Shown here piece after piece: positions 1 through 12,280 of a stretch of 64,000 nt of DNA. Position 1 is the first letter of the stretch. Each line of letters opens with the position of its first letter. Below the pieces are notes generated by a model that saw nothing but the letters and a program-made list of their open reading frames with translations, was not told the origin of the DNA and searched no databases. Made by a program: the position numbers and the translations under genes. Origin of the DNA: Octopus sinensis (Eukaryota). The stretch lies in the NCBI RefSeq assembly GCF_006345805.1, contig NC_043008.1:63798001-63862000 (forward strand), written 5' to 3'.

Positions 1-59
1 ATAAATATATTATGTACATGAGGTTAAACTGAAGGGCTGAATAATATTTAAAGAAGAGG

Positions 60-160
60 TGCAGCCATAGCTGTGTGGTGAAGAAGGTTGCTTCCTAACC
101 ATGTAGTTTCAAGTTCAAATGCACTATATTGCCCTATGGGAAGGCATCTTCTACTGTAGA
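60..160 (+). mobile_element. Degenerate tRNA-derived SINE head (family A)
   Basis: gctgtgtggtgaagaaggttgcttcctaaccatgtagtttcaagttcaaat...catcttctactgtag resembles the heads at 34121 and, reversed, 26438. Confidence 0.6.
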
Positions 161-183
161 ACTTTGCAGGTAAGTTTGATATA

Positions 184-495
184 TAAAGAATAAAATGTTT
201 TGAATGGTACAACAGTGCACTATAATACAAACAATGGATTATATACTTGTTGTAATTTAGTCATCCACAGTCTGATTTTTTTGATATTTCAGAATAAAAT
301 TTCTTCTTCAGATATTCTTAGATGGAGTCACTGCTATAATCAATTATAGGAGTGAATCCATCTAAGAATATCTGAAGAGGGAATTTTATTCTGAAATATG
401 ATATCAGATTATGGATGACTAAATTACAACAGGTATATAGCCCATTGTCTGTATTATAGTGCACTGTTGTACCATTCAAAACATTTTATTCTTTA
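184..495. repeat. ~310-bp fold-back (palindromic) element
   Basis: taaagaataaaatgttttgaatggtacaacagtgcactataataca (from 184) is the reverse complement of the sequence ending at 495; centre ctataat-ca-attatag at 334-349. Confidence 0.92.
368..404 (+). ncRNA. Minimal type-I hammerhead-like motif (mirror copy at 283-315, - strand)
   Basis: atat-CTGAAGA-g-ggaat/ttt/attct-GAAA-TATG-atat; the mirror arm reads GAAATATC, so the two-arm consensus has an AUC cleavage site. This + copy has G at position 17, which is not cleavable. Confidence 0.55.
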
Positions 496-534
496 CAAAC
501 AATACACAATGCTTCAAGCGAACTACAATACTCT

Positions 535-574
<40 letters not shown>

Positions 575-795
575 AGAGAAAACCTCTATTAAACAATTCA
601 ATAGTGAAAGACGTTATTTATACCATATAGAAAAAGTTAAATATACTATCATCATCATCATCATCATCATTCTAAAAATCAATAGAGTACATAAACAATA
701 AATAGTAAATAGACTATGCACTTTTCATGGCTATATTTTCAATTAGATAATAATAATAAAATCAATTTGATTAAAACTAAATTAGTCTAAAATTA

Positions 796-935
796 TTGTT
801 ATATTTCGGAATGGTCATTTTGCCAGTTTAGCCAATAAAAACACACGCACTATATATTTGGTGTTACTTTGCTTCAGTGTTATTTATTTTTTACATTAAT
901 CTTAATCTTATTTCGAGTTCTTTCATCACACTCCT
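796..935. mobile_element. 140-bp insertion with 11-bp target-site duplication
   Basis: gtctaaaatta at 785-795 and 936-946; segment absent from the mirror arm; start resembles 35748-35794. Confidence 0.8.
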
Positions 936-1004
936 GTCTAAAATTAATTCTATTTAAAATTATAGTCACTCATCAGGTCTATAACAATAATAATAATAAT
1001 AATA

Positions 1005-1745
1005 ATGCCGATTCTGTAACGATGAGGTTGAAACAATAGATCACCTAATCTCAGGGTGTAGAGTCTTAGCACCTGCAGAATTTAAAGCAAGACGTGACAG
1101 AGTCGACCAGTATTTACATTGGACAATATGTCGGCATTATAAAATCAAAACCACTGACAAATGGTATAAACATCATCCTGAAGCTGTGACTGAGGGAGAA
1201 AATGTGTCGATTCTATGGGACTTCCCCGTACAGACCGACAGGACTATAAAAGCTAATAAACTGGATATTATTATAAAAGATCAGACAAAAAGGACGTGTT
1301 TATTAATTGACATGAGTATTCCCTGTGATCACAATATGGCAGCAAAAGAATTTGACAAGATTAGTAAATATAAAGACCTGCTAATAGAAACTGAAAAAAT
1401 GTGGTATCTCAAGGTGACTACAGTACCAGTGATTGTAGGATCTCTAAGAATGATAAAAAAATGGTACTGAAACCTATTTGAAAATGATTTCAGGCTTACC
1501 ATCCCTACAGGAAATGCAAAAAGTCGTATTAACTGGAACGGCTCATGTACTGAGAAGAGCACTATGGCTGTGAAAATAACATCCATCCATGAATTTATTT
1601 AGTTATTAATTTTTAAATACATATTTCATCTTTGAATTTGCGCGTGTAATCTGGAAATGCATACAATGCCCTTCTCTGCCCTAGGTGTATGGAAAACACT
1701 CGGCGAGAAACGGAAGAAAATTTGAAGAAAGAAGGAAAAAACATG
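1005..1745 (+). mobile_element. 5'-truncated R4/Dong-like non-LTR retrotransposon (CCHC knuckle, RLE endonuclease, 3' UTR)
   Basis: CRFCNDEVETIDHLISGC, then ORF 1186-1470 LWDFPVQTDRTIKANKLDIII...LIDMSIP...KYKDL; inserted in (AAT)n. Confidence 0.88.
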
Positions 1746-1788
<43 letters not shown>

Positions 1789-1809
1789 TAATAATAATAG
1801 TAATAATAA

Positions 1810-1840
<31 letters not shown>

Positions 1841-2993
1841 AATAAAAACAATATATGTATAATATAATAAATGTACATATCTTAACTTATAAATTAACTA
1901 ATAAATATAGAAAAATACAGGTTTTAACAATAAATAAAAGAAAAAATTTAATAGTATTACTTAAAAAAACAGATCTTATCGAAGAAATTCTGTTTACTAA
2001 AATTTTAAATGTAATATATATAACTTAGCGTTTATAAGAAATTTATCGCGTGAAAACATGGTGTAAGTAAAAATTATAGAATAAATAGATAGATAGAAAT
2101 ATGCATTTAAGCTGTTAAAAAGACAGAATATATTATTTAGCTGTGAGAATAAGAAAAAAACTAACTGTAATATATTATTTACTGGAAAATTTTAAAGTCT
2201 ATATAATTTCCAAGTAAAATACGTAAAATATATAATATATATAAATTAACCTGAATTTCTATAATTTAATCTATTTACATTAATTAATTAATTTTTTTAT
2301 TTTCTAAACATCTAAGTTTAATCGTATTCTAATTATGTAATACACCTGTTCTAATATACACTATATTATGTGTTTAGCTAATTTGTGTATATATATAAAC
2401 CTTATTTTATGTTAATAATTGTTGTAGTTATAATTTGTAGTAGTATAATGTGTATGAATTAGCAAGAGATTATATAGTGTATATTACATAATTAGAATAA
2501 GATTAAATTTAGATGTTTATAATATAAATAAATAAATAAATGAAAGTAGATTAAATTATCGAAATTTAGCTTAATTTATGTATATTATGTATTTTACATA
2601 TTTTACTTTGAAATTATTTAGACTTTAAAATTTTCCAGTAAATAGTATATTACTGTTAGTTTTTTTCTTATTCTCACTGCTAAAAAATATATTTTGTCTT
2701 TCTGACAGCTTAAAAACATATTTCTATCTATCTATTTATTCTATAATTTTTACTTACACCATGTTTTCACGTGATAAATTTCTTATAAATGATAAATTTT
2801 TTATCAACGCTAAGTTCTAGATATTACGTTTAAAATTTTAGCTAACAGAATTTCTTCGATAAGATAAATTATGGTTTTATTTTAAGTAATACTGATAAAT
2901 TTTTTTCTATTATTTATTGTTAAAACACGTATTTTTCTATATTTATTAGTTAATTTATAAGTTTAGATACGTACATTTATTATATTTATATTG

Positions 2994-3065
<72 letters not shown>

Positions 3066-3079
3066 TATTATTATTATTA

Positions 3080-3119
<40 letters not shown>

Positions 3120-3154
3120 TTATTATTATTATTATCATCGTGATTATTATTATT

Positions 3155-3276
3155 ATAGACCTGATGAGTTACTATATTTTTAAATAAAATTAATTTTAGA
3201 TCGATTTAGTTTTAATCAAATTGATTTTGTTATTATTATCTATTTGAAAATATTGCCAGAAACGTGAATAGTCTAT
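3155..3276 (+). ncRNA. Hammerhead-like motif with long stem II (mirror copy 709-982, - strand, interrupted)
   Basis: atagac-CTGATGA-[actatatttttaaata...tatttgaaaatattgc hairpin]-GAAA-cgtgaa-TA-gtctat; stem I atagac/gtctat is perfect; stem III is mismatched in both arms. Confidence 0.65.
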
Positions 3277-3531
3277 TTACTATTTATTATTTAGGTATTC
3301 TAATGATTTTTAGATTAATGTTTTCTATAGTATATTTAACTGTTTCTATATGGTGTGAATAACGTCTTTCACTATTGAATTATTTAATAGAGGTTTTTCT
3401 CTAAATTTTATGCATATATTATATATTGCAAAATTTGATTTAGAATTGCTACATTGAAATTTTCGCTGTAAGTTTGGAATTATATTCCCTACTATTATTA
3501 TTATTATTTTTATTATTATTATTATTATTAT

Positions 3532-4086
3532 TGAGTGAGAGAGCAGTACATGCCATCAAAGTGACACTGGGGTAAAATATACGAAGCCCAGTATACCCAT
3601 CATGACTACCCGTCTGATAAGGGTACACCAGGCACATGCATCACAACCATATGTGCGCGACATGGTGATCTCATAACAAGATAAATAGCACATGACCTTG
3701 CGGGTGGGGCCCAGTTAGAATTTTCTTCTGGTAGGGTAACCCATCCCGCTCAAAAGGTCCCTGATTAAGGGTTGTTTAAGGATGTTGAATGAAACACCCA
3801 TGTTTCCAGAGGTGAATTATTCAAACCCCAAAGAATCCCTCTCAACACATGGCTATGATGCTCCCCCACTACTTCCGCTCATGATCAGAGATGCACATAT
3901 CGTCAGCCAATAAGGGACATGCTCAGCTGGTGAAGGTCAAACAACTGACAAGCAAATCTGTGGTATTGAGCAGAATATTTGTTGTAGCCCATCTTTTCTA
4001 CCAAGACAAAACAATGTACATGATAACACATCCAGTCAGTTAAGATCAGAAGCCATGAGAGCCACTGCTTGGTACTGCATCAGGGC

Positions 4087-4090
<4 letters not shown>
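3532..4090. mobile_element. Unclassified GC-richer insertion within (ATT)n
   Basis: Sharp compositional block bounded on both sides by (ATT)n; no second copy in the window. Confidence 0.5.
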
Positions 4091-4122
<32 letters not shown>

Positions 4123-4134
4123 ATCAGCATGTGG

Positions 4135-4455
4135 TGTAGGTGCATGGCTCAGCAGTTATAGCATTAGGTTCTCAATCATGAGTTTGTGAGTTTGATTCCT
4201 GGTTCAGACTTTGTGTTGTGTTCTTGAGCAAGACACTTTATTTCACGTTGCTCTTGTTCACTCAACCATAAAAATGTGTTGTGATGTCACTGGCAACAAG
4301 TTGTGTTGGCGTTTGCATTTTCTCTTTTCTCATCGGTAGCTTGGATAGAAGAGGTGGGGATGCTGGTCTTCAATAAACAATTTTGCCTTAACTTGTGCCT
4401 CAGAGGGGAATTTTCTTGGTGCAATCTCATTCATGACCAGAAGGGGGTCTTTCCT
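4135..4455 (+). mobile_element. tRNA-derived SINE (family C), degenerate
   Basis: Head ggtgcatggctcagcagttatagc...gagtttgattcc; tail tcattcatgaccagaagggggtctt matches the reversed copies at 16472 and 50440. Confidence 0.75.
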
Positions 4456-4489
4456 TTTTATATATAAGCATGTATGTACTGTACACATT

Positions 4490-4722
4490 GCCAACCCTCA
4501 CCTTACTGACAGTATCTCTGTACATGGCTTGTACAACCCTCACTTACCATTCATCTATTCCTAGTTTCCTCATCAACCACTAGATAAGGGAGCGGAGGAC
4601 CCTGTCGAAGGCTTTCTCCATGTCAACAAAAGCTAGGTACAGAGGTTTATCTTTGGCTATGTATTTCTCCTGCAGCTGTCTTACCAGAAATATAGCATCA
4701 GTGGTGCTTTTCCCTGGCACAA
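4490..4722 (-). pseudogene. Reverse transcriptase fragment of RTE-like LINE
   Basis: PGKSTTDAIFLVRQLQEKYIAKDKPLYLAFVDMEKAFDRV; homologous to 54170-54385. Confidence 0.88.
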
Positions 4723-5011
4723 TGAAGGCATTAAAATAGAAACACATTTCATCATCATCATCAGCATCATCATCATTTAACATCTGTCCTTCATTTAACA
4801 TTATCATCTAATATCATTCATCATTATTTAACTTCAGATTTAACATCTGTCCTCCATGCTCTCATGAACTGGATGGGTTAACAGGAACTGACAAGCTAGA
4901 GAGCTGCACCAGGCTCTATTGACTGCTTTTGACATGGTTTCTATGGCTGGATGTCCTTCCTAATGCCAAAATACAGCTAAAAGCTCATGATAAACTGTTT
5001 GAAATTTGTAG

Positions 5012-5131
5012 ATCCCACCCACCCTCCTCCACTACTCAGAGATGAACTCAAATTTCTTCCTCAGTCAAATAGCAGAGAAGCTGCAAAATGATCAAAAGTT
5101 CATGCACTTTGATCTTCCATCCTCTGAGCAG
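5012..5131 (+). CDS. Candidate internal coding exon (120 nt, phase 0/0), gene not identified
   Basis: tttgtag|ATC...CAG|gtaaaa; open frame IPPTLLHYSEMNSNFFLSQIAEKLQNDQKFMHFDLPSSEQ; non-repetitive sequence. Confidence 0.5.
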
Positions 5132-6684
5132 GTAAAAAAAATGGTATCTATTAGTATGAGATACACTATTACAGAAATGAGTATGTTTTTTTTATTCCAG
5201 TTTTGTCCTTGTCTTTCTTTATTTTCCTTCCCTTTTTTCATTTCTCTTCATTTCTCTGTATGTTAGTTAAAAAAATATTTGAACCAATTAGAGCCATTTT
5301 TATAGGAATTAAATGATTGAGTTAGAATTCTACTGTAGGACAAATGGCAAACATTCCTGATCATCGGCCAGCCAACTACAATAACAGAAATGAAATTTTT
5401 ACAATCAATCTACAGTTAAGAGTAGACCAGTTGTACTGATTCAAGTGTTAGTATTTGCCGCCGTGGCAACAGAAAGTTGCCGTCTTGTAGCTGAATTTTC
5501 CTTTTTCACGTCAACACATGCAACCAGAAGTAAGGTGGGAAAAACAGATAATTAAGAATCACAGAAACACAGCTTAACTAAGAGAAAATAACTGAAGGCA
5601 TTTTACTTTTATTGATTATTTACCTAGATAGATAGTAATTTGTATGAAATAAATTTATTCTATTAAGAAAGATTAAAACATTCTTTGAAATGAATTTGGC
5701 AAAACATGAAAGCTTTTAACTTTTAATCATTAATATTTTTGTCATTTTTAATTTATCTTTTTCAACAGTACAGACTTTTAGTTCGGTTATTTTTAAACAA
5801 TCTGTTATTTAGATATTAGACAAAAGTCCGCTGAGTTCAAGTTCTACTAGGTGACTGTTTGAACTGATTCAATATATTTTTGAGGTTTTATTCTGTACTG
5901 ACATCAATTTTCATTCCTTTTTTTTTTGTTTTTTTTGCAAAATATAATTAATGTTTTCAATTACCAGAAAAAAGGAAGTCATTCTCCTATAGAATTAAAA
6001 TTTGTACCAGCATACCTTTCTAATTTGCATAATTATTTCTTTTAGTTCTTTTTCTTTATTTGAGCTCATGTGTAAAAAGCTATGTTATTTAGCTCTGATG
6101 TATCATAGATAAGAAAGGTACCATGTGATTTATAAGGACTGAAATGTTATTCAGTACTGCTCATATTATGTCTATTCATCTTCTTATTTTAGCTATGAAG
6201 TATTTTATGAGTTGTGTCTATATATATATATATAGTTTACTTTCCTATTAAGATCTACAAATAAAGCATTTCATTTGGTGAGAGATAAAAAATGTTTTAA
6301 GTACATAGTATATAGCTCTGAGATACTAATAATTTCAAACATTGGAGATATTACCAATGCAGGTTCTGAAATATGCTTAGTGTCTCCAAGTGATCTTCAG
6401 GCTCTGAGCACATGCCCTACACAACTTACAAATCAGAGCAACAAAACAAGAGAAATCATGCTTTCCTCCTAATAGTCATGTAGCACCTATGACAAGAAAC
6501 CTGTTCTGCTCTGGCCTCTTCTCTTAGGGTTCATACTCTTTCAAGCTGCATGGTAACTTCATTAGTATTGGTGACATATAAAAGCACTCAGTACATGCTA
6601 CCAACCTGTTGGCATCTGTCAAAATGGGGAAAAGGTCTGACAGGGGTCCCTTTTTCCCTCATCTGCCGGTGATGATGATGATGA

Positions 6685-6715
<31 letters not shown>

Positions 6716-7080
6716 CATAGTCGTTGTCTTCATCCTCATCATCATCAACTTGGTAGAAGTCACAACTGTTGGTTATTTTGATGGTCCCCAAGGCTCAGAG
6801 AGGAGAAAAAAAATCATTGTGAAACTGAAAACCCTGATCCAAATAGTTGCAACAAAATAATACAATACGACCAGCTGTCACTCATCAGTAATTTTGACTT
6901 GGTAACATATGCCATGCATTTGCCAATTCTTTTAGATACCTATGTCATTGCATTAAAAAATGAACCCACTTTTGGCTATCTTGCCCTTGATTCACCAAAG
7001 CATTGTGGATGTGACTCTGGAGGGTATGAACGTGGGACTAGCAGCCAGTTGGTACTCATTGTGTTTCAGTAGGCGAGGGT

Positions 7081-7384
7081 GTGGAGGCACATGGCCTAGT
7101 GGTTAGAGCAGTGGACACGCAGCTGAGGGATCGCGGGTTCAAATCTCAGACCAGGCAATGTGTGTGTTTATGAGCGAAACACTTAAGCTCCCCGCAGCTC
7201 CGGCAGAAAGTAATGGTGAACTTCTGCTGACTCTTTCGCCACAACTTTCTCTCACTCTTTCCTCCTGCATCTTGCAGCTCACCTGCAACAGACTGGTGTC
7301 CCGTCCAGGTGGGGAACCTATATGCCAAGGAAACCGGGAAACCGGCCCTTATGAGCTAGGCCTGGCTCGAGAATGAACAAACAA
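7081..7384 (+). mobile_element. tRNA-derived SINE (family B), full length
   Basis: A box tggcctagtgg, B box gggttcaaatc; TSD cagtaggc(g/a)agggt at 7067-7080 and 7385-7398; reversed copies at 21788 and 33313. Confidence 0.92.
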
Positions 7385-7722
7385 CAGTAGGCAAGGGTAA
7401 TATGAAATTAAGTACTTTGCCTACCTCAAGGACACAACATGCAGTTTGATCCATGGACCCATGACCCTATGACCATGAGCTGAACACCTTAGCCATTAGA
7501 TCCAGCAACTTCACTTGCCACAGAGTGAATTTCACTAAATGCACCCAAAGATCAGGTACAGTGATAAAACTGGGGGAGAAATTAAGTCGACTGAGTAAGA
7601 ATAGGAGCCATTCCTTCAACAAACTTTGCACTATTGCTGTCAACTAAATTTCATTTAAAAGACTTTGGTTAGTATATAGCTATAACAGAAGACTTTATCC
7701 AAGGTGTTACACAGCATCATCA

Positions 7723-8106
7723 GTGCAGGCGCAATGGCCCAGTGGTTAGGGCAGCAGACTCGCAGTTGGAGGATCGCGGTTTCGATTCCCAGACTGGGTG
7801 TTGTGTGTGTTTATTGAGCAAACACCTAACGCTCCACGAGGCTCTGGCAGGGGGTAGTGGCGACCCCTGTTGTACTCTTTCGCACCAACTTTCTCTCACT
7901 CTTTCTTTCTGTTTCATGTCCCCGACTTCCTACACAAACACTGAGCCTGGATGTGCATTCATCCATTTGTCGATGCTCTCAGTGCTGGGGTTGACCTGCT
8001 TTCTCTTCTGCGAGTCTTACAAATAGCAAAGGACCATGTTTCGGACTTCTCCCATCTTGCGAGCTTTGGGACGAAGACCAGTCGCCCAACAGTCGCTCAA
8101 CTGTCA
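7723..8106 (+). mobile_element. tRNA-derived SINE (B-like head, different tail)
   Basis: tggcccagtggttagg...ggtttcgattcc; 12-bp TSD acagcatcatca at 7711-7722 and 8107-8118. Confidence 0.88.
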
Positions 8107-9387
8107 ACAGCATCATCAAGCTAAAACCAGTTAATTATAAAATGAACTTCTTAATTACACCGTGAAAGCCTGTATTCAGAGTGACCCTTTAATCCATCAA
8201 CTACAATATTTTGTTTTATTCATCCACAATTAATGAATATTGTAAGTATTAAATGTGTACTGGGTAGTTACCAGGCAGGCTTTTCTGACTGGAAAATCTT
8301 CAATTCGCAAAGAGAAATAATCGAACTAAAATAGCAATACGTTAGTGAATGTAGTTCCATTGTTTCAAGAACATGAAATATTGTCTACTTTAATTGAATA
8401 ACAGAGTATGCTAATGCTTGAAATTGATTAACATCAAATTCAAATACATTTTCTTTTGGAATATAAATCAAAACTGATTTATATCTGAAAAATAAACTAT
8501 TCAAAGGTTAATGTCTATTCAAGTATATATGGTTTTGATTGATGTTAATATGTAAATACAGCTTTGTTGAGATTGAGTCACTGATATATCTGTCAAAGTA
8601 ATTCAGGTTCATCAATTTTTATGTCTATTTTTCCATGCTAGCAGGAGTTTGACTAGTCTATTATTGCAGTATTGTTTTACAGCTAAATACCTGTTATATT
8701 GCAAAGCTGCAGTTGTTTTTCAATTAAGGAGTCTCTTATTTCACATGTAGTCAAAAGACACAACCATGTGGATATTTTTTGAACAGAAGAAATTAGAAAA
8801 TAACTGATTTTAGATCCAGAATTTTGAAGAAGCACAAATGTAAATAAGCATACCAAGCAAACTCCCACAGCAATCTTCTTAACCAAACAGCAAATTAATA
8901 GAATTATGACTATAAGTTTATATCTTAATTAACTAACATCAGTACAGTAATGATGTTAGCATCCACTTTGTTGTCTGTTTTTCCTGAAGAGGCTATCATT
9001 GAATTATTTTTTTCCAAGTATTCTCTTTCAAACCGCTCCATTCCCATTCATTAACATTTTTTCCCCATTTCTTTCTCTTTCTCCTATCTTCTTTCCCCTT
9101 CTCCGCTGTTCCCTCCACATATCTCTCTATCCCCATCTCTCTATCTCACCCCCTCTCTCTCTCTCTTTCTCTCTGTCTATCTATTTCCCTTTTTCTCTCT
9201 ATCTCCTGTCTCTCCCTGCTCCTCTTCTGCCTTCTTTCCTTCCTTTCCTCCTTTCTCTCAGTTATCTGAGGTTTGGCAATAACAGTTAGACTATACTTTA
9301 CTAATGAGGTGTAATAAGACCAAAACATGTGCAGAGTTGTCACTATATTGCCATAGAGTATATTTACTCTCTACTACATTATATCTT

Positions 9388-9715
9388 TAATTGGCCCGAA
9401 CACATAAGCAATATGGAGCTATGACAAAGAACAAACCAAGTTTCGATTAGGAAGCAAATATTTAAGAAAAAGTGGAAATTGATTGGTAGCACAATAAGAA
9501 AAGACACACCAAATGTAGTGAAAAGTGCTTTACCATGGAATCCGGATGGATATAGAAAGAAAGGTAGGCCTAAGAACTCGTGGAGTAGGTCAACACAAAA
9601 CGAACTAGAGAAAGGGGGACATTCATGGCAGAGTATAAGTACAGAAGCGAAAAATTATGCGACATGGAATTCAATTATAAGTGGCCTAAACTCCATGTTG
9701 GCGGGTTAAAGGCAT
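9388..9715 (+). pseudogene. 3' end of an RTE-clade LINE ORF
   Basis: WPEHISN...KKKWKLIGSTIRKD...ALPWNPDGYRKKGRPKNSW, a typical RTE C-terminus. Confidence 0.8.
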
Positions 9716-10204
9716 CAAAAAAAATTCTAAATCACTTATCCAAAATTTTATAATAGGTGTACTGTATCCCTGCATGTTACTATAGGAGACCAAAAAGCTT
9801 GGTATAAAGACAGGGATATGGATAAAAAGCAATACCTCAAAATCTTATCTAAACCACAGTGATCTAGGGAACAGTTGCTGAGTAGAATCATTAAAATGTC
9901 AGTTAAGATGTTTTTTAGTTTGTTTATTTTCTCATCTTCGCATTCTGAGATCAGATCATACCACCGCCTTCATAAGTAGTAGATTTAGGCAGTCAGTTAT
10001 TTTAATATCACTACCTGGTATTTGAGTGCCCTTAACAAAGTTCCACTTTGCAATGAACATTTTTACCAAGTCTCTAGTTTGAAGATACTTTCCATCTTTC
10101 TTCCCTGTCTTTAATTAATCTTAAAGGCATTATAAAATGTCACAGGCTCAGCTGATTGCCACTAGATTAATTTATAGAATAGGTCCCTCAGCTTAGGATT
10201 ATGA

Positions 10205-11992
10205 CATGTATGTTACTCACTTTATCATACTAGCTTTGCCTGAGAATTACATTGGGTGTACTGATGTCTATGGAACACTCAGTTTTTTATGCACTGATCT
10301 GATTAACAGGTAAACTGGTTAATCAAACAGCTAAATCCTGAACATCAAAACTGATGCAGATCATTTTTTTTTCTATAGATGTTATTTAGATGAATTAATA
10401 GTTTAGTAGATTTGAAAACATTGGTACGCCCCTACTTCACAGCAGGCTTGGAAAGCTCTAAAATAAATGTATATTACCATTGCTCCTCTCATCATCATCA
10501 TCATCATCATCGTTTAACGTCCACTTTCCATGCTAGCATGGGTTGGACGATTTTGACTGAGGGCTGGTGAACCAGATGGCTGCACCAGGTTCCAATCTTG
10601 ATCTGGCAGTTTCTACAGCTGGATGCCCTTCCTAACACCAACGACTCTGAGAGTGTAGTGGGTGCTTTTTACATGCCACCAGCACGGGGGCCAGTCAGGC
10701 GGTACTGGCAATGACCTCACACAAATCTTTTTATAAATTCCACCAGCACAGGTGCCAGTAGGGTGACGTTGGTAACGATCATGCTTGAATGGTGCCCTTT
10801 TACATGCCACCGGCACGGAAGCCAGTTGGCTGGTCTGGCAACGATCACACTTGGATGGTGCTCTTGGCACCCTACTAGCACGGGCACAAGTGCCAGTAAG
10901 GCGACGCTGATAACGATCAGTAAGGTGACACTGGTAACAATCAGTAAAGCGATGCTGGACTGATTAAATTTTGTCCTCTTAGATAAAATTGGTTCTTGGC
11001 TTTGAAGGAAATGTTATTTGACTCATGACATGGTTTATAGGTAGAAATACAAACTTAAAAACTACACGAGGAATAAGTACTTTTGATTTTGTAAAAGGAG
11101 CATCAACAAAAAGAACATTATCAGTCTTTTCTAAATAATTGGCAGCATTTACTTTGTAAATCCCCATTAAAATTAACAAAGACTTTCATTTTACTGATAA
11201 CACATATTGAAAAATGGGTTTCTTGTGGTGAACATTTCAAGGGAATAACTGCAAAGCTTTCCAATTTGTAATCATGGCAATGTTTACTGAAACCATCAAA
11301 GGAATTTTCAGCTAAATGTAAAAATATTAGTTCTTGTCATAATAGACCTCATTCCATTCAATCAATATTAATGGCCAGAGAATAATTCATGATAGAGAAT
11401 ACATCTGATAAATAAAGTTAAATATTTGATTAGTTACACCATTAGACTTATGTTTGGCCATAAATTCAGTCAACAAAATATTATAGCAATTGTCTAAATA
11501 AAAAGAAACATTCTCTAGCTGTGTCAGGTTCTGAGTCAAACAGATTCAGTTAATTCTTTCATAACACAACGTTGTTTTCAGTATGCAGTACTCTATTGTA
11601 CTCTTTGTTGTTTACATAATTGATCTGTAAAACCCATGTCGTTTCAGTATTTCTTCTCACTTTCATTGATGTCATGATCACTGTTGAAGCTTCAGTTGCC
11701 ATAGAAATAAAGAATGGATGAGTCTTCTATACAGCACCTTTTAGAGCATCGTTTCTTCTATTGTGTGAGTACCAATGTTTTCAAATCTACTAAACTATTA
11801 ATCCGTCCGTATTACATCTATACAAAGCAAAAATGGTCTGCATCAGTTTTGATGTTTAGGATTTAGCTGTTTGATTAACCAGTTTACCTGTTAATCGGAT
11901 TAGTGCATAAAAAGCTGAGTATTCCAAAGACATCAATACACCCAATGTAATTTTCAAGCAAAGCTAGTATGATAAAGTGGGTAACATACATG
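10205..11992. repeat. Inverted repeat pair (~223-bp arms at 10205-10427 and 11769-11992)
   Basis: catgtatgttactcactttatcatactagctttg...gaaaacattggtac is mirrored at 11769-11992. Confidence 0.85.
10490..10960 (-). mobile_element. RTE 3'-UTR-derived repeat with (GAT)n tail
   Basis: (cat)n-cgtttaacgtccactttccatgctagcatgggttggacg; same as the LINE 3' end at 52667-52950. Confidence 0.88.
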
Positions 11993-11993
11993 A

Positions 11994-12280
11994 CATATTC
12001 TGTTGAGTCTGGGGAGAGTAATTTTCTTTTTGTGCCTTATAATGTAACACACTCACCGGTAAAATTTCCACTTATTTCTTATTTTTATGTTCCTAAAATT
12101 TTCGTTGAGTCTTGCAACCTTTTCAATAGTTTTGAGAGTCAAAACTATTGAAAAGGTTGCAAGATGCAACGAAAATTGTAGGAAAATAAAAATAAGAAAT
12201 AAGTGGAAATTTTACCGGTGAGTGTGTTACATTATAAGGCACAAAAAGAAAATGACTCTCCCCAGACACAACAGAATATG
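11994..12280. repeat. 287-bp near-perfect palindrome
   Basis: catattctgttg...ttttga-gag-tcaaaa...caacagaatatg; centre at 12137; mirrored ORFs in the track. Confidence 0.95.
12145..12181 (+). ncRNA. Hammerhead-like motif with U3:A8 core variant
   Basis: cta-TTGAAAA-g-gttgc/aagat/gcaac-GAAA-att(g; t in mirror arm)-tag; stem I is only 3 bp, close to the palindrome centre. Confidence 0.45.

Larger units (their letters stand above)
570..3407. mobile_element. Giant (~2.8 kb) AT-rich fold-back element with nested insertions in the left arm
   Basis: 570-985 pairs with 3155-3407; (AAT)n pairs with (ATT)n at 3000-3150; 1846-2383 pairs with 2457-3000; loop about 2384-2456; left end abuts (TA)n. Confidence 0.92.
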
